DNA from: a virus | Length of the DNA: 43,592 nt | Reading direction: 5' to 3' (one strand) | Virus record (IMG/VR): IMGVR_UViG_3300005573_000020 | Span: 1 to 43,592 of that record | The notes under the pieces: model-generated | What the model saw: the letters and a program-made list of their open reading frames with translations, nothing else | Told to the model about the DNA's origin: nothing | Databases searched by the model: none | Shown: piece by piece, positions 1 through 11,400 of the stretch | How positions within the stretch are numbered: position 1 is the stretch's first letter | Layout of the letters: every line of letters starts with the position of its first letter | Made by a program: the position numbers and the translations under genes

Positions 1-121
1 CAAGCATAAAAACTATGGAATTATCATTCAGAAAAATTTTAAGAAAAGAGCAAGATATGGCTGGCAAATGGCGGGTCTGGGTTGAGGTTGCCGATGGCGA
101 GGCAGTGATATTAAAGTTTCA
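1..121. repeat. Terminal direct repeat, copy 1 (circular closure or terminal redundancy)
   Basis: Bases 1-121 (caagcataaaaactatgg...attaaagtttca) are identical to 43472-43592. Confidence 0.95.
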
Positions 122-215
122 CGAAAACCCGACAACCACAAGAGTAAAAGAAGAAACAGCAAGGTATGTTGACAATAAACTAAAAGAAGAAAGAAATGGC
201 ACTCCCAACGCCTGA
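15..215 (+). CDS. Hypothetical protein (66 aa)
   Basis: ATG ORF with the recurring upstream context aaaaactATG, co-oriented with the structural module. No motif recognised. Confidence 0.5.
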   Translation: MELSFRKILRKEQDMAGKWRVWVEVADGEAVILKFHENPTTTRVKEETARYVDNKLKEERNGTPNA

Positions 216-426
216 TAATTTAAAAACGATGGATTATGCCTTTCAGGGGCAGCCATTTGTTGATGTTCCAGCAAAAGATGCGATTGATATTAAGACGATG
301 GACTATGCTTATCGTGCCCAGCCATTCGTTAGAAATTATGGTGCAGCAGCCCCGCCATCGCCGTCAGTAGAAGACGAGCCACAGGTAATTGTATTAAGCG
401 GCAAAAAGAGCAGTAAAAAGAAATGA
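196..426 (+). CDS. Hypothetical protein with an internal duplicated motif
   Basis: KTMDYAFQGQPFV and KTMDYAYRAQPFV occur 20 aa apart. Start and stop overlap the neighbouring genes (coupled). Confidence 0.55.
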   Translation: MALPTPDNLKTMDYAFQGQPFVDVPAKDAIDIKTMDYAYRAQPFVRNYGAAAPPSPSVEDEPQVIVLSGKKSSKKK

Positions 427-929
427 AGTATTTAATCTGGACAATAATTTTAATAATCGGTTTGGGAATAGGATTTGTGATTAAACCAGCAAAGATTCAA
501 ACGATAGAGATTCCGCAAGAATGTAGTTCGGAACAGGTTTTTGGAGGGCAACAAACAACGGAAGGATGGCTAGGTATTTCAAGCAAGAACTTTGATTCTA
601 CAAATGGAGACATGCCGACACTATCAAAAGCTCTAAACCACGATGATGTTTGGGATTGTAAGAATTGCTGGTTCGTCTTGAATCTTTATCAGATATACAA
701 CATTAAGAAGGTTAGGGTGAATCCGAAGGTTAATATTTATATATCAAAAGACAACAAAAACTGGGAGTTGCTCGCCAAAGGTGTTTCGGGAGAAACAGAT
801 GTGGTCGCTAAAATCGGACAATACATAAAAGTTGAAAACTGGGGAGGAAAAGGAGCAAATATAGATGTTTATGGCGAAACACTGCCAATTAAACCGGCAG
901 AAGAATCGCCAATACAAATAAATAATTAA
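423..929 (+). CDS. Membrane-anchored or secreted protein, possible discoidin/galactose-binding-like domain
   Basis: N-terminal hydrophobic helix (YLIWTIILIIGLGIGFVI). The C-terminal pattern VRVNPKVNIYISKDNKNWELLAKG resembles F5/8 type C folds; this is a weak call by eye. Confidence 0.5.
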   Translation: MKYLIWTIILIIGLGIGFVIKPAKIQTIEIPQECSSEQVFGGQQTTEGWLGISSKNFDSTNGDMPTLSKALNHDDVWDCKNCWFVLNLYQIYNIKKVRVNPKVNIYISKDNKNWELLAKGVSGETDVVAKIGQYIKVENWGGKGANIDVYGETLPIKPAEESPIQINN

Positions 930-954
930 AGAAGATAAGAATTAAATAAAAAAT

Positions 955-1461
955 ATGCAAAAAGTACTAAATTCAATATTTATAGTGGTCATTGTTGTTT
1001 CTCTCTTTTGGTTATTTACTCAGCCCAATACATTTGGTGCAAGGGTACCATTCCCGAAAGACGTTAAAAGCGTGATATTTAACGGAAATGTAATTACCTA
1101 TAACGACGCGGCAAGTAAAAGTTTCAGTTCGACTGATTTATGTGATTATGATTTGATACGATACAATGCATATGGCGGAGGAGATGATGTTGGTGCCAGT
1201 TTGTCATTTCCATCATCGGCTTCTATGATTGCGAGTTGTCTCAGAAATACCGGAAGTTCAAGATTTGTTGGAATAGAAAACATCGCAACGAACAGCGGAA
1301 GAGATATAGAATTTAACGAATCCGAAGATTATGATCTTTATCTGCCAACCATAGATAAAGTGGCCACGCTAAGCTACAACGAAATGGGACTGATAAGATT
1401 TACCAATATAAATGGGACAAGCGTAAGTTATGAATTTATAAGATTTACAACCGGAGACTAA
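955..1461 (+). CDS. Hypothetical protein with an N-terminal transmembrane helix
   Basis: ATG ORF; hydrophobic segment IFIVVIVVSLFWLF at the N terminus. Confidence 0.55.
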   Translation: MQKVLNSIFIVVIVVSLFWLFTQPNTFGARVPFPKDVKSVIFNGNVITYNDAASKSFSSTDLCDYDLIRYNAYGGGDDVGASLSFPSSASMIASCLRNTGSSRFVGIENIATNSGRDIEFNESEDYDLYLPTIDKVATLSYNEMGLIRFTNINGTSVSYEFIRFTTGD

Positions 1462-1462
1462 A

Positions 1463-2935
1463 ATGATACCAAAAATAAATCAGGGTTGGACAATAACTAT
1501 AGGAGATAAAGGATGGGATGGTTATTGCCCTTCATATTTCGATAATTCCTATCCCTTTTACGGCAACAAAAATCAGGCATCTTATATGGTAGATGTCGAT
1601 ATTCGGGATCCAAATGTTTTAACTCAAGGAGCGGGAACGGCAAATCTAACCAATGGATCAGAAACGGGGGTAGTTTCAACATTGATTACCAGCATATTAA
1701 AAACTATAACCTCCTCGGATGTTTCATTCGTAATCGGAGGAGACAAGCTTTACAAAATAAGCTCCACCACCGTAGCCAGCGGGGGAACACCATCGTGGCC
1801 ATATACCATTACCGGAACAGGGGCAATAACTGGAAATGACATAGTTCATTATCGGGGAAAACTGCTATATTCCTATAACGACGCCGGTTTAAGCACTGGG
1901 AATATTGGATCATACGATTTGTCAACTACATTCGATGATGATTATTGGACCACAACTTGTAGCGGTTCGGCATTAGAAAACGCAGTTCATTATATGATTT
2001 TGGGAGGCGATGATTGCGTTTATATCACCAATGGACGATATATTGCCCGACTGGAAGGAACAACAGCAGCTGCCGCAGGATTAGATTTTTGGCAAGATTC
2101 AATAGTGGTTTCTTTAACATGGAATTACGATCGAGTAATTGCCGCGGTTAATCGGCCAAATATTAGCGGCTCAAATTTCAACCAATCAAGCATTTATCAA
2201 TGGAACGGAATAAACTCAACATGGGATTCAAACCCGGTAATGGTCAATGGAGAAATAGGGGCATTGTATACCAAAAACGGAGTAACATTTGTTTGGTGGA
2301 AAGATGCCACCACAACCGGAGGATATAATCTTGGATATTTAAATGGATTGCAGGTAACTCAATTGAGAACATATTCAGGATCACTGCCAAATCAATCGCA
2401 GGTAGGAGAATATGATGGTCATCTGGCTTGGATTTCAAGTGGAGCATTAGAATTATGGGGAGCAAAAGACAGGGGCACGGTAAGAATGTTTCCGTATATG
2501 ACTTCAAAATTGTCTACCGCCGGAGCATTTGCTGCACCATTCGGAACCCCATTAATCTCTTCAACCGACGGAGCAGGTGCCTACTGCATATCAAAAGCAT
2601 CGGGATATTCAAAAAACGCAGCATATCACACAATAGCTTATCCGGTAAGCGGACCTACATATAAAAGCCAAATTGATGGAATATTCGTGGAAACCGAACA
2701 AATGTCAAGCGGGGCAAAATGTGATATTACATTTTCGTATGATAAGGCAAAATCTTCATTGGCACTAACTCAAATCGCATATTCGGCCGCAAATAAAACA
2801 AGACATAAAATCTACGATGGCGGATTGCAGGTGGAGGACTTTCGTCTGGATCTCTCGTGGGCCAACGGAAGTGCAACCAACCCCTGCAAGATAAAAAAAA
2901 TTATGATTTTTGGACACTATATAAAGGATACTTAA
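1463..2935 (+). CDS. Virion structural protein (tail-associated, 490 aa)
   Basis: Long ORF tightly packed in the structural block with GGAG 8 nt upstream. No diagnostic motif. Confidence 0.6.
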   Translation: MIPKINQGWTITIGDKGWDGYCPSYFDNSYPFYGNKNQASYMVDVDIRDPNVLTQGAGTANLTNGSETGVVSTLITSILKTITSSDVSFVIGGDKLYKISSTTVASGGTPSWPYTITGTGAITGNDIVHYRGKLLYSYNDAGLSTGNIGSYDLSTTFDDDYWTTTCSGSALENAVHYMILGGDDCVYITNGRYIARLEGTTAAAAGLDFWQDSIVVSLTWNYDRVIAAVNRPNISGSNFNQSSIYQWNGINSTWDSNPVMVNGEIGALYTKNGVTFVWWKDATTTGGYNLGYLNGLQVTQLRTYSGSLPNQSQVGEYDGHLAWISSGALELWGAKDRGTVRMFPYMTSKLSTAGAFAAPFGTPLISSTDGAGAYCISKASGYSKNAAYHTIAYPVSGPTYKSQIDGIFVETEQMSSGAKCDITFSYDKAKSSLALTQIAYSAANKTRHKIYDGGLQVEDFRLDLSWANGSATNPCKIKKIMIFGHYIKDT

Positions 2936-2950
2936 TAATTAATAAATAAT

Positions 2951-4156
2951 ATGCCCATATATACAAGAGCAACACTCAAAACAGATGTTGCCGCCATAAT
3001 TAGCGGAACGGTTTCGGACACCAATTTAAATACTTTAGCCAACAAAGCAGTAAGAGACGTTTTGGTAGAAATAGACATTGCTTCGGCAAAAAGAAGAGCG
3101 GTTTTGTCGCCGAACATGTTCGATGACATTTATCAATACACCTGCCCTAGCGATTTAAAATCACAAAAAATCATTGATGTCAAGCCACAAATAAATAGAG
3201 GATTATTCGATAGCTGGACTCTCGTAACCGAAGAAGAATTTGATCGCCGAAAAGAAGATCACCGGTTAGATAGATACGGAGACCCGATAAACGTTCAAAG
3301 CTCGGAATGGATCGGAGCAAATCTTGTGGCCATCTCTTACCGGGATATGATCAAGAAAATTCTGATTTCCAGACCGATTGACGATAAACATCTAACAATT
3401 GATGATTTAGATGCAGTCGGAGATTGGAAAGCATTCGGAGATGGCACTAATTTAACAAAAGACGCAGACAATTATGTCAAGGGGTCGGCTTGTATTAACT
3501 GGGACATTAACGCAGACGGGGGAACAACCGCAGGCATATACAATGATTCATTGAACGAATTTGATATTAGCGATTACAAGGGAACCGGATCGGCATTTGT
3601 TTGGGTATACATCACCAGCACCACCAACTTGACAAACTTTATATTACGTATTGGTAGCAGTTCATCGGCATATTACTATATAACCGTAACAACAAATAAC
3701 GAAGGAAATTCCTTTGAAGCGGGTTGGAATCTCCTTCGTTTTGATTTTGCGAACAAATCAACCAACGGAACGCCCGATGACGACGCCTGCACTTATGTGG
3801 CTCTTTATATGACAAAAGCCGCAACCAAAATCAGCGAGACCGATTACAGATTTGACTGGTTGGTATTAAAACGAGGCAATCATTATTATGTGGTTTATTA
3901 TTCGAAGTATGGATGGCAAACTTCTGCCGCAGCATATTTGGAAAATTCAACCGCGGATACCGATTATCTGAATCTAGATACCGACGAATACGAATTGGTT
4001 CTTGAAAAATATGCTGAATTATGCGAAAAACATCTCAAGAATTTTGATGAAGCAAAAATTCATAAAGAAGCATATACGGAACTGGCATCAAAATACATCT
4101 TGGATAATCCAAGCGAAGTTAGGCCATTAATTCAAACTTATCACATGATGGAATAA
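2951..4156 (+). CDS. Virion structural protein (401 aa)
   Basis: Long ORF in the structural block. Function inferred from context only. Confidence 0.6.
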   Translation: MPIYTRATLKTDVAAIISGTVSDTNLNTLANKAVRDVLVEIDIASAKRRAVLSPNMFDDIYQYTCPSDLKSQKIIDVKPQINRGLFDSWTLVTEEEFDRRKEDHRLDRYGDPINVQSSEWIGANLVAISYRDMIKKILISRPIDDKHLTIDDLDAVGDWKAFGDGTNLTKDADNYVKGSACINWDINADGGTTAGIYNDSLNEFDISDYKGTGSAFVWVYITSTTNLTNFILRIGSSSSAYYYITVTTNNEGNSFEAGWNLLRFDFANKSTNGTPDDDACTYVALYMTKAATKISETDYRFDWLVLKRGNHYYVVYYSKYGWQTSAAAYLENSTADTDYLNLDTDEYELVLEKYAELCEKHLKNFDEAKIHKEAYTELASKYILDNPSEVRPLIQTYHMME

Positions 4157-4158
4157 AT

Positions 4159-6432
4159 ATGGCAGAACTCTTTGAGGAAAACATAATTACACCCCAAACC
4201 CTCAACGAAATTTTAGGCGGTATGTCTTCTCTGGGGGGATTAGAAGTAGCAGAATCAACGCCCACAGCAACTGGTAACGTCATGGTAAATCCCACAATAA
4301 TCGGCGGAACACTTGACGGAGTATCATACAAATCATCGAGTAGCGAAGCGAAATTGGAGATATTTCCTTCTTGGGACAAGACAATAGGACAGATTGTCAA
4401 AAGTGCATCCGGAACGACAGTTTTCAAAATTGAAATAGATGGAACAAATGCTGGAGACATTACGATCGGAAACTATGCGGGAAATCAGGGAATATTATGG
4501 GACCAATCGGCCGGAACATTAACGGTAAAAGGGGGAGTTGCAGTAGGTTATTTAGACATTCCGGATACGGTAACGGAAGATTCTTTTCATGTTGATTCAT
4601 CGGGAAATACTTGGTGGGGATCACCCGAATTAGCAACTGCACCAGCGAAAATTTTAAATACGGGAGAAGCAACTTTTACAAATGTAACCGCTACCCAATA
4701 TTTTGCTTGGAATGCCGATGTATTTCAATTAAAAGGAATAGTAAGTTTAGTTGGCACATTACAACTTCATTCATTTACCGTCGCAACATTACCAACCGGG
4801 GCAACTTCAACGGGAGCAAAAAGCCCTACCGCTATCGGAAATGATCTTTGGACCAATCCAACCCATGCTTATTACAGCGACAATGTATATGCAACCACAA
4901 ATCTAAGCGGATTAATACAAATCTATAAAACATGGGGAAATAATATTCCCGCCAATTCATATATAAATGGATTATTGGTAAGTGTTGAAGGACATACCGA
5001 CAAAGATGGTGTTGAATTATGGGTTCAACTTTCTTGGGACGGAGGAACCAATTGGACAATTAGCAAAATAGCAACTCTTAATAATGGAGGAGATACAATT
5101 ATTACATTCGGAGGACCAACCGATAATTGGAATCGTCTTTGGACTGATTCGGAATGTAGTGATGCCAATTTATTTGTAAAGATTCAAATGCAAGATTACG
5201 GGGCAGGAGCAACCGCATATGTAGACCATATTACTCTGAATGTTTATTATTATGACAACATGGAGAACCCGGTCGCAGGTGGTTCTTTGGCTTATGTATC
5301 TGATGGACAGAAAGCAGGAGAAACCAGTAACGGAACTGGGAATCTGGCCTTCTATGATGTTAATGGTAATTGGATAGCGGTTGATACGGGGAATCAAATC
5401 AATGCCAACATTGGAACAAAAATTCAATCCCTTGATTCAGATCCAACATCGCCATCGACGGGACAATTTTTCTTCGGAAGCGTAAATGCGAAATTCAGGG
5501 GATACGATGGTGCTAGTTGGAAAGATTTGGCTTGGACGGATGATTTGGCCGATTATGCGAAAGAAATCGCAAGTCCGTCTGATACATTACAACTTAGCAA
5601 TGATACGGAAACCGATAATATCTGGGCGGGATGGGATGCGTGGACAGAAGCAGATGCGATTACATCAACCGTCGCAGGAAAAATCCGAGTTAAATGGGAT
5701 ATTAGAAAATTGTCTGCCAATGCTTATCCCGTATATTCAAAAGTTTATGTAAACGATGTTGCTGTTGGTTCTGCGAACGAACACAATTCTACTTCTTATT
5801 CAACCTATACAGAAATGAGCGTTGATGTAAATGTTGGCGACGAAATTGAAATATATGTTTTGGGAGACCCCGCAACTTCTAATAGTAATAGTATCAGAAT
5901 TAGAAACCTCCGATTGTATTGGGACTTATCAACAAAGGGATATATAGATGCAGGAGACGATACTCCAAAATTTAATGATATAGATTATTATGCAAGCGAT
6001 ACATTAAGACAAAGCAACGATACAGACAAATATACTGCTTCTCAATCTGTTTATGCCAAAGTAAAAGAAATAAAGGTAACGGCGGGAACTCTTACAAATT
6101 GCAGAATTAAATTTGATTTAGCCAGCGGAGGCACTCCAAATTTTGTCAAAGCAAAAATTTATAAAAATGGAACAGCCATTGGAACAGAACGGACTTCCAC
6201 ATCGAGTAGTTACGCAACTTATTCAGAAGATTTTACAATAGATTTTACAACCAATGATTTAATTCAAATCTATGCTTATACGGACAATCCAAGTTATCCT
6301 GCCCATGTTAGAAATTTCAGAATTTATTATGATTATGGAGTTACGAAGTTAGACGGATTGGCATTGGCAACAGAAATTCCCATTGCAACTGCCGACTTGC
6401 CAACCCTTACTTTTACCAATCAAGACCCATAA
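4159..6432 (+). CDS. Tail/receptor-binding structural protein with two tandem C-terminal modules
   Basis: 757-aa Gly/Thr/Asn-rich ORF. Two homologous modules of about 110 aa each start SDTL(Q/R)xSNDT and end R(N)(L/F)R(L/I)YxD (about 5575-5926 and 5993-6335). Confidence 0.6.
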   Translation: MAELFEENIITPQTLNEILGGMSSLGGLEVAESTPTATGNVMVNPTIIGGTLDGVSYKSSSSEAKLEIFPSWDKTIGQIVKSASGTTVFKIEIDGTNAGDITIGNYAGNQGILWDQSAGTLTVKGGVAVGYLDIPDTVTEDSFHVDSSGNTWWGSPELATAPAKILNTGEATFTNVTATQYFAWNADVFQLKGIVSLVGTLQLHSFTVATLPTGATSTGAKSPTAIGNDLWTNPTHAYYSDNVYATTNLSGLIQIYKTWGNNIPANSYINGLLVSVEGHTDKDGVELWVQLSWDGGTNWTISKIATLNNGGDTIITFGGPTDNWNRLWTDSECSDANLFVKIQMQDYGAGATAYVDHITLNVYYYDNMENPVAGGSLAYVSDGQKAGETSNGTGNLAFYDVNGNWIAVDTGNQINANIGTKIQSLDSDPTSPSTGQFFFGSVNAKFRGYDGASWKDLAWTDDLADYAKEIASPSDTLQLSNDTETDNIWAGWDAWTEADAITSTVAGKIRVKWDIRKLSANAYPVYSKVYVNDVAVGSANEHNSTSYSTYTEMSVDVNVGDEIEIYVLGDPATSNSNSIRIRNLRLYWDLSTKGYIDAGDDTPKFNDIDYYASDTLRQSNDTDKYTASQSVYAKVKEIKVTAGTLTNCRIKFDLASGGTPNFVKAKIYKNGTAIGTERTSTSSSYATYSEDFTIDFTTNDLIQIYAYTDNPSYPAHVRNFRIYYDYGVTKLDGLALATEIPIATADLPTLTFTNQDP

Positions 6433-6494
6433 AACAAAGGTCAAAACAAATTAAAATATGGCAACAAACAAACAATAAGAATAATTTAAATAAA

Positions 6495-8432
6495 ATGGCA
6501 AAATCAACACAACCCTTTTACAAATATCTCGGCGACCCAACCATCTACAAAACGAGCGGGGATGTCGCCTTGTCATCAGAACAGCAATTCAAAGACTTGG
6601 GGGGAATTTTGTATTGGCAACAGCCGGGATTCACAGGAGAAACAGTAGGAGTTTACGGCAATGTAGAAATCTTGCCAAAACCGACTACATCAACCCCAAC
6701 CCCAACCCCAACGCCAACTACGACGTCGACGGGAACCCCTTATACGGGATACGTTCCACCGGGAGCGGCCGCTCCATCTCCGACTCCGGCGCCCGCTACC
6801 GGAACAGACACCACAAAACCATATATACGATACGCTGGATCGCCTCATGTTTTTGAAAAATCTACTGGAAGATATATATCTTATGACGAAGCAGTAAAAA
6901 ATAATATCTGGGGACAAGTCGAAGACGTGAGTAGTTCATTGCCAGCAACTCTTGCGAAGAACGTTCCAGGATATGTAGCTCCCGTACTAGCGACATCAGA
7001 CACAGCAACTCAAGCAAGCATTCAGGCAAAAATAGATGAATTAAATAAAGCCGCCGAAGACAAGGCCAAGGCAGAAAGCGAAGCCGCGAAATTGGAAGCC
7101 CAACAAAGATTAGAAGCCGCAAGAACAGCACTGGGATTAGATCCTAAAACAGGAGCAGTAGCCACAAAGCCGGCAACTCCAACATTTCAATCGGATTACG
7201 AGGCATTATTGACCAAGGAAGGAATAACCGGATTACAATCGCAATTAGTGGATCTGGACAAACAAATAGCGGACACACAAGCAGCCCTACGGCAGGGATT
7301 ATATGATGTAGAAGGAAAACTAAAGCCAATGGGGCTAATGAGTGCCGAACAGGAAAAATTACAAAGACAGGCACAGGAAAAATTGGATACCCTAACCCGA
7401 AGCAGAAATGCCCTAGTAGATGAATTGAACAACAAAACGACAATGGTTTCCAATATCATGGAAATGAAAAAATTAGATTACTCAGCTGCCGTGGATGAAT
7501 ATACTCGGGCATTTAACCAAAATCTGGAAGTTCAAAAATTAGTTTCTGCAGAAGAAGAAGAAGAAAGAACCCTCGAAAAGGCACAACAACAGACGGCCCA
7601 AGCCAATCTTACAACCATTATTAACATGGCAAAGGACGCAAAAATGACTTGGAATGATTTAAGTCCAACATTACAAGCAACCATATCCAAATGGGAATTA
7701 CAAGCAGGTTATCCAGCCGGAATGATGCAAGCTTATCTACAGACAAGACCAGATTCAACGATTGTGGCCACAACTACCGGATATGATGCAGCCGGCAATC
7801 AGCAAGTGGCAATCATTTCCAGAGATTCAAAGGGAACGATTTCAGTGCAAACAGTTTCTACCGGAGGAACAAGAGAGGGAGAGGCACTTGAAAGCACCTT
7901 TGCTTTAATACAACAGAACTATGGTGCAAACTATATTTCAAAATCCGATTGGACTGCTTTATCTACTGACTTTGAATCAATTTATAAAAGAGTAATGAGC
8001 GGAGAATTTGGAGTGGAAGGAGCCAGAGAAAAAGCAGGACAGGAGATATTAAAAATTCCAAAATACCAAAAGTATAGCCAATTGGTATGGGATTTGATTT
8101 ACGGAAATGCAAGTAAAGGAATTAATGCAATATTTCCAAATGGTTACGAACAAAGCATCCCCAAGGCAGCCGGACTTCAATTTTCAGAAGATTACATAAA
8201 GAATTTTGCGGATCAATTGGTAACCCAATACGGCAAAGACGGAGCAAGGCAGGCAATAGGAAGTAAAAGCATAAGAATAGATACGGGAGAAAAAGATGCT
8301 TCAGGAAACCCGAAATATCAAGACATTACATTGAACGATAATACCTATAATGCTTTCTTAAAAGCAATTGATCAATCTGGGGCCACCCAGCAGACCACAA
8401 CCACCAACAAACCATGGTGGAAATTCTGGTAA
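6495..8432 (+). CDS. Internal virion / ejection-type protein (Pro/Thr linker plus coiled coil)
   Basis: 645 aa with a TSTPTPTPTPTTTSTGTP low-complexity linker and long Ala/Glu/Lys/Gln heptad-like region. It lies immediately upstream of the giant lytic-domain protein. Confidence 0.5.
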   Translation: MAKSTQPFYKYLGDPTIYKTSGDVALSSEQQFKDLGGILYWQQPGFTGETVGVYGNVEILPKPTTSTPTPTPTPTTTSTGTPYTGYVPPGAAAPSPTPAPATGTDTTKPYIRYAGSPHVFEKSTGRYISYDEAVKNNIWGQVEDVSSSLPATLAKNVPGYVAPVLATSDTATQASIQAKIDELNKAAEDKAKAESEAAKLEAQQRLEAARTALGLDPKTGAVATKPATPTFQSDYEALLTKEGITGLQSQLVDLDKQIADTQAALRQGLYDVEGKLKPMGLMSAEQEKLQRQAQEKLDTLTRSRNALVDELNNKTTMVSNIMEMKKLDYSAAVDEYTRAFNQNLEVQKLVSAEEEEERTLEKAQQQTAQANLTTIINMAKDAKMTWNDLSPTLQATISKWELQAGYPAGMMQAYLQTRPDSTIVATTTGYDAAGNQQVAIISRDSKGTISVQTVSTGGTREGEALESTFALIQQNYGANYISKSDWTALSTDFESIYKRVMSGEFGVEGAREKAGQEILKIPKYQKYSQLVWDLIYGNASKGINAIFPNGYEQSIPKAAGLQFSEDYIKNFADQLVTQYGKDGARQAIGSKSIRIDTGEKDASGNPKYQDITLNDNTYNAFLKAIDQSGATQQTTTTNKPWWKFW

Positions 8433-8433
8433 T

Positions 8434-11400
8434 ATGTTTTTAGACCAATTTATACAATCAATAATACCGGGAAGAACCATAACTGTAACTCCAGAAAAAA
8501 AGTATACTCCGCCCGCAGAATTACCAATGACTTTACCGGGAGCCGAGCCCTTGCCACTCAAAACGGGACAAGCATCTTGGTATGGAAATGAATTAAGGGG
8601 AAGACCAACCGCAAGCGGAGAATTATTTAATCCAGACGATTTAACAGCCGCCTCTTGGGATTACCCATTTGGAACAAAATTAAAAGTCACCAATTTAGAT
8701 ACCGGCAAATCAGTAATCGTAAGAGTAAACGATCGTGGCCCAAATCAAATAAAATATCCAAAAAGAGTAATTGATTTAAGCCAAGCCGCATTCAAACAAA
8801 TAGCTGATCCAGCACAGGGATTGATTAAGAATATAAAAATAGAACCAATTTCAACCAAGCCATCGGCAGACATGATTCCTACGGTGAAATTAACAGAACA
8901 ACCATCGGAACCGTTACAAATCGGAGCCACTCCATTAGAAAGACTATGGAAAGGACAAGAGGTTTTTACTCCCGGAATAACAGAATTCGGCAAGCCAATA
9001 CTTAAAGAATATACGCCAACCGAAAATGTATTTAAGAACTTTATTAAAGAACTACCGGAACAAACCTTAAAATTCTTTCCCTTTACGCGTTTGTGGTATA
9101 AGGCACCCGCTAAAACATTGGGAGAGCGGGTACTTCAAATAGAGGACGAAGCAATTGACTTCCTTAGAGGCATAGCCCAACTTTATGCGAGAGCTGGCTA
9201 TTCGGCATATTCACTTTTAAAGGGAGAAGACATTAATAAACAAATCAAACAAGTTCCTATTCTTGGTCAAGTATCTACTTATGAAAGAGATGCATATGAA
9301 AATTTAATGGCTGGAGCAAGTCCATTAGAAGCAGGCATATCTCTGGGAGCAGAAGCAGCAATTACGTCTTCTCTTATTGCCGGACCGGCAATGAAAGCAA
9401 TTAGGACGCTTGAACCAAAAATAAGATACGGCACACTAGAAACCACATTAAGCAAACAAGACATTTCGGATATAACCGCCGGAAGAATAACTACCGGACC
9501 CAAGGTAGAGGCTTTTAAAGAGGCGATAAATAGTGGAATTAGAATCGCTCAGCAAATAAAAAATGGCAAAAGCGTAGTAGTAAAAGTTAAAACCCCAAGC
9601 GAAATAGGAGAAATTTTATATAGCCCGATTAATAAACAGACCATTAGCAAGGCAATAAATTTAGTGCAAAGATGGGAACCACAAATTGGTCTTACCATAA
9701 AAGATATTTCAAGGGGAATTCCCGAAGAGCCAATTAAACCAATTCCCAAAGAACTTGAACCATCGGTTCAAGAAGCAAGAAAATATAAGACTTTGGAGAA
9801 AATCTTTAAGAATACGATTTACAAAAAATACCTTCTCGATAATGGGGCATATTTTGAATTAGCGGTTAATAAAAAAACAGGAGATGCCGTGTTAAATGAT
9901 GTTTTTGTCCCAGAAAATTTGCGACTGAAAGGAATTGGTTCTCAGTTGGTTCAAGACGCACTCCAAAAATTAAGAATAGATTTTCCTGAAGTTAAAACTA
10001 TTTCTGGTTTTGCTGGTTCAAGAGAGGGAAGGGTTTTAATGAGTAAGTTTGGGATTACAGAAGCACCCTCTAAATTTATTGATATTTATAACCAAGCCAT
10101 TAAAGGAATAAAAGAAATTAAACCAGAAGTTAAATTAACCGCCAAACAGCAATCAATACTCGAAGCCGAATACCAAAAAGAATTCGAAACCATTAAAAAA
10201 GAAACCGAAGACAAACTATTTAGAGACATTAAAGGATTGGGAGGAATCAAGACAGATCCAACAATTAAGGAAGAAATGTCGGATCTGCCAATAGACATAA
10301 TGAGAAAAGATGGTTACACCCCCGACGAGATAGCTCGGGAATTAAACGGCATGGGATATAATTTTGAAGATGGAATGGATTTGGTTGAACGCATCAAAGA
10401 AATACGAACAATGCCAACAAGATATAGACCCGCACAAACATCTTTACAAAAAATGAAAGTAATAAGCGTGAAGATGAGTGAAGCCGTACCCAAAGAAAAA
10501 GTTGCCAATTTAGAGAAAATAGCTCAACAAATTGTAAGAGAAGCTACAATCGGTAGACCAACACCACCAATAAAACCCACAATAGCCAAAGCAACCGGAC
10601 TAAAACCAATTGAAAGATTAATCACCAAGGGAGAAACCGCATTATTAAAAATGCGACTGAAAGCAGAAGAAAGAGGAGCCAAACGAGCCACAATGATTGC
10701 AAGACGAGAAACCCGTGATCAAATACTTTCTCAATTAAGGGAAGAAAAAAAAGAAATCGAAGATGTGCGAAAACAAATTACCGATTATGCAAAACAGAAT
10801 CTTGAACCAAGAGATCGGGGAAGAGCAATGGTTATAGTTCGGGATGCCAAAACACAAGAAGATTTAACCAAAGCATTTGTAAGAATTGAGAGATGGGCAG
10901 AACAATTAGAGAAAAAATCAATAAGAAACGACATATTAAAACTATCAAAAAAACTTACCGAATCGCCAAGCGTAGCAATTGATTACAAAAACAGAATCAA
11001 TGAAGTGCTTTCGAATTACGAGCTAAAAGGTCATACGCAAGCACTCATCGGCAAATTAGAGGCAACCAAAAAATATATCAACGAAAGAATAGCCAAAGGT
11101 GAAGATGTAGAATTGCCGCAAAGGATATGGCGAGCCGTAGATATATTGGCGCGAACTCCATTTGACCAGATTCCATTAAGAACATTAGAAAATATTTATA
11201 ACGAGATACAATTTTTAGGAGCATTGGGTAAAACCAAATGGAGATCGAGAATGGCTCTTTACAATGCCGAAAAAGAAACCATAAAAGACGCCCTATTAAA
11301 AGAAGTTCGGCCAATCCAATATAGAAAAATATTTCAACCCGAGCCAGGAGAAAAAATTACCGCCAGTCAGAAGATGAAAAACTTTATCATTAACGCCATA

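Noticed and set aside
6614-6917. ORFs 6614..6856 (+) and 6690..6917 (-) over the Pro/Thr-rich region
   Set aside because: They are products of the repetitive ACC/CCA/ACG tract inside the 6495..8432 gene, and their translations are Arg/Ser/Trp-rich nonsense.
8368-8433. Track start at 8368 for the giant virion protein
   Set aside because: It would overlap the previous gene by 65 nt and add a Pro/Gly-rich peptide. The ATG at 8434 sits 2 nt after the upstream stop.
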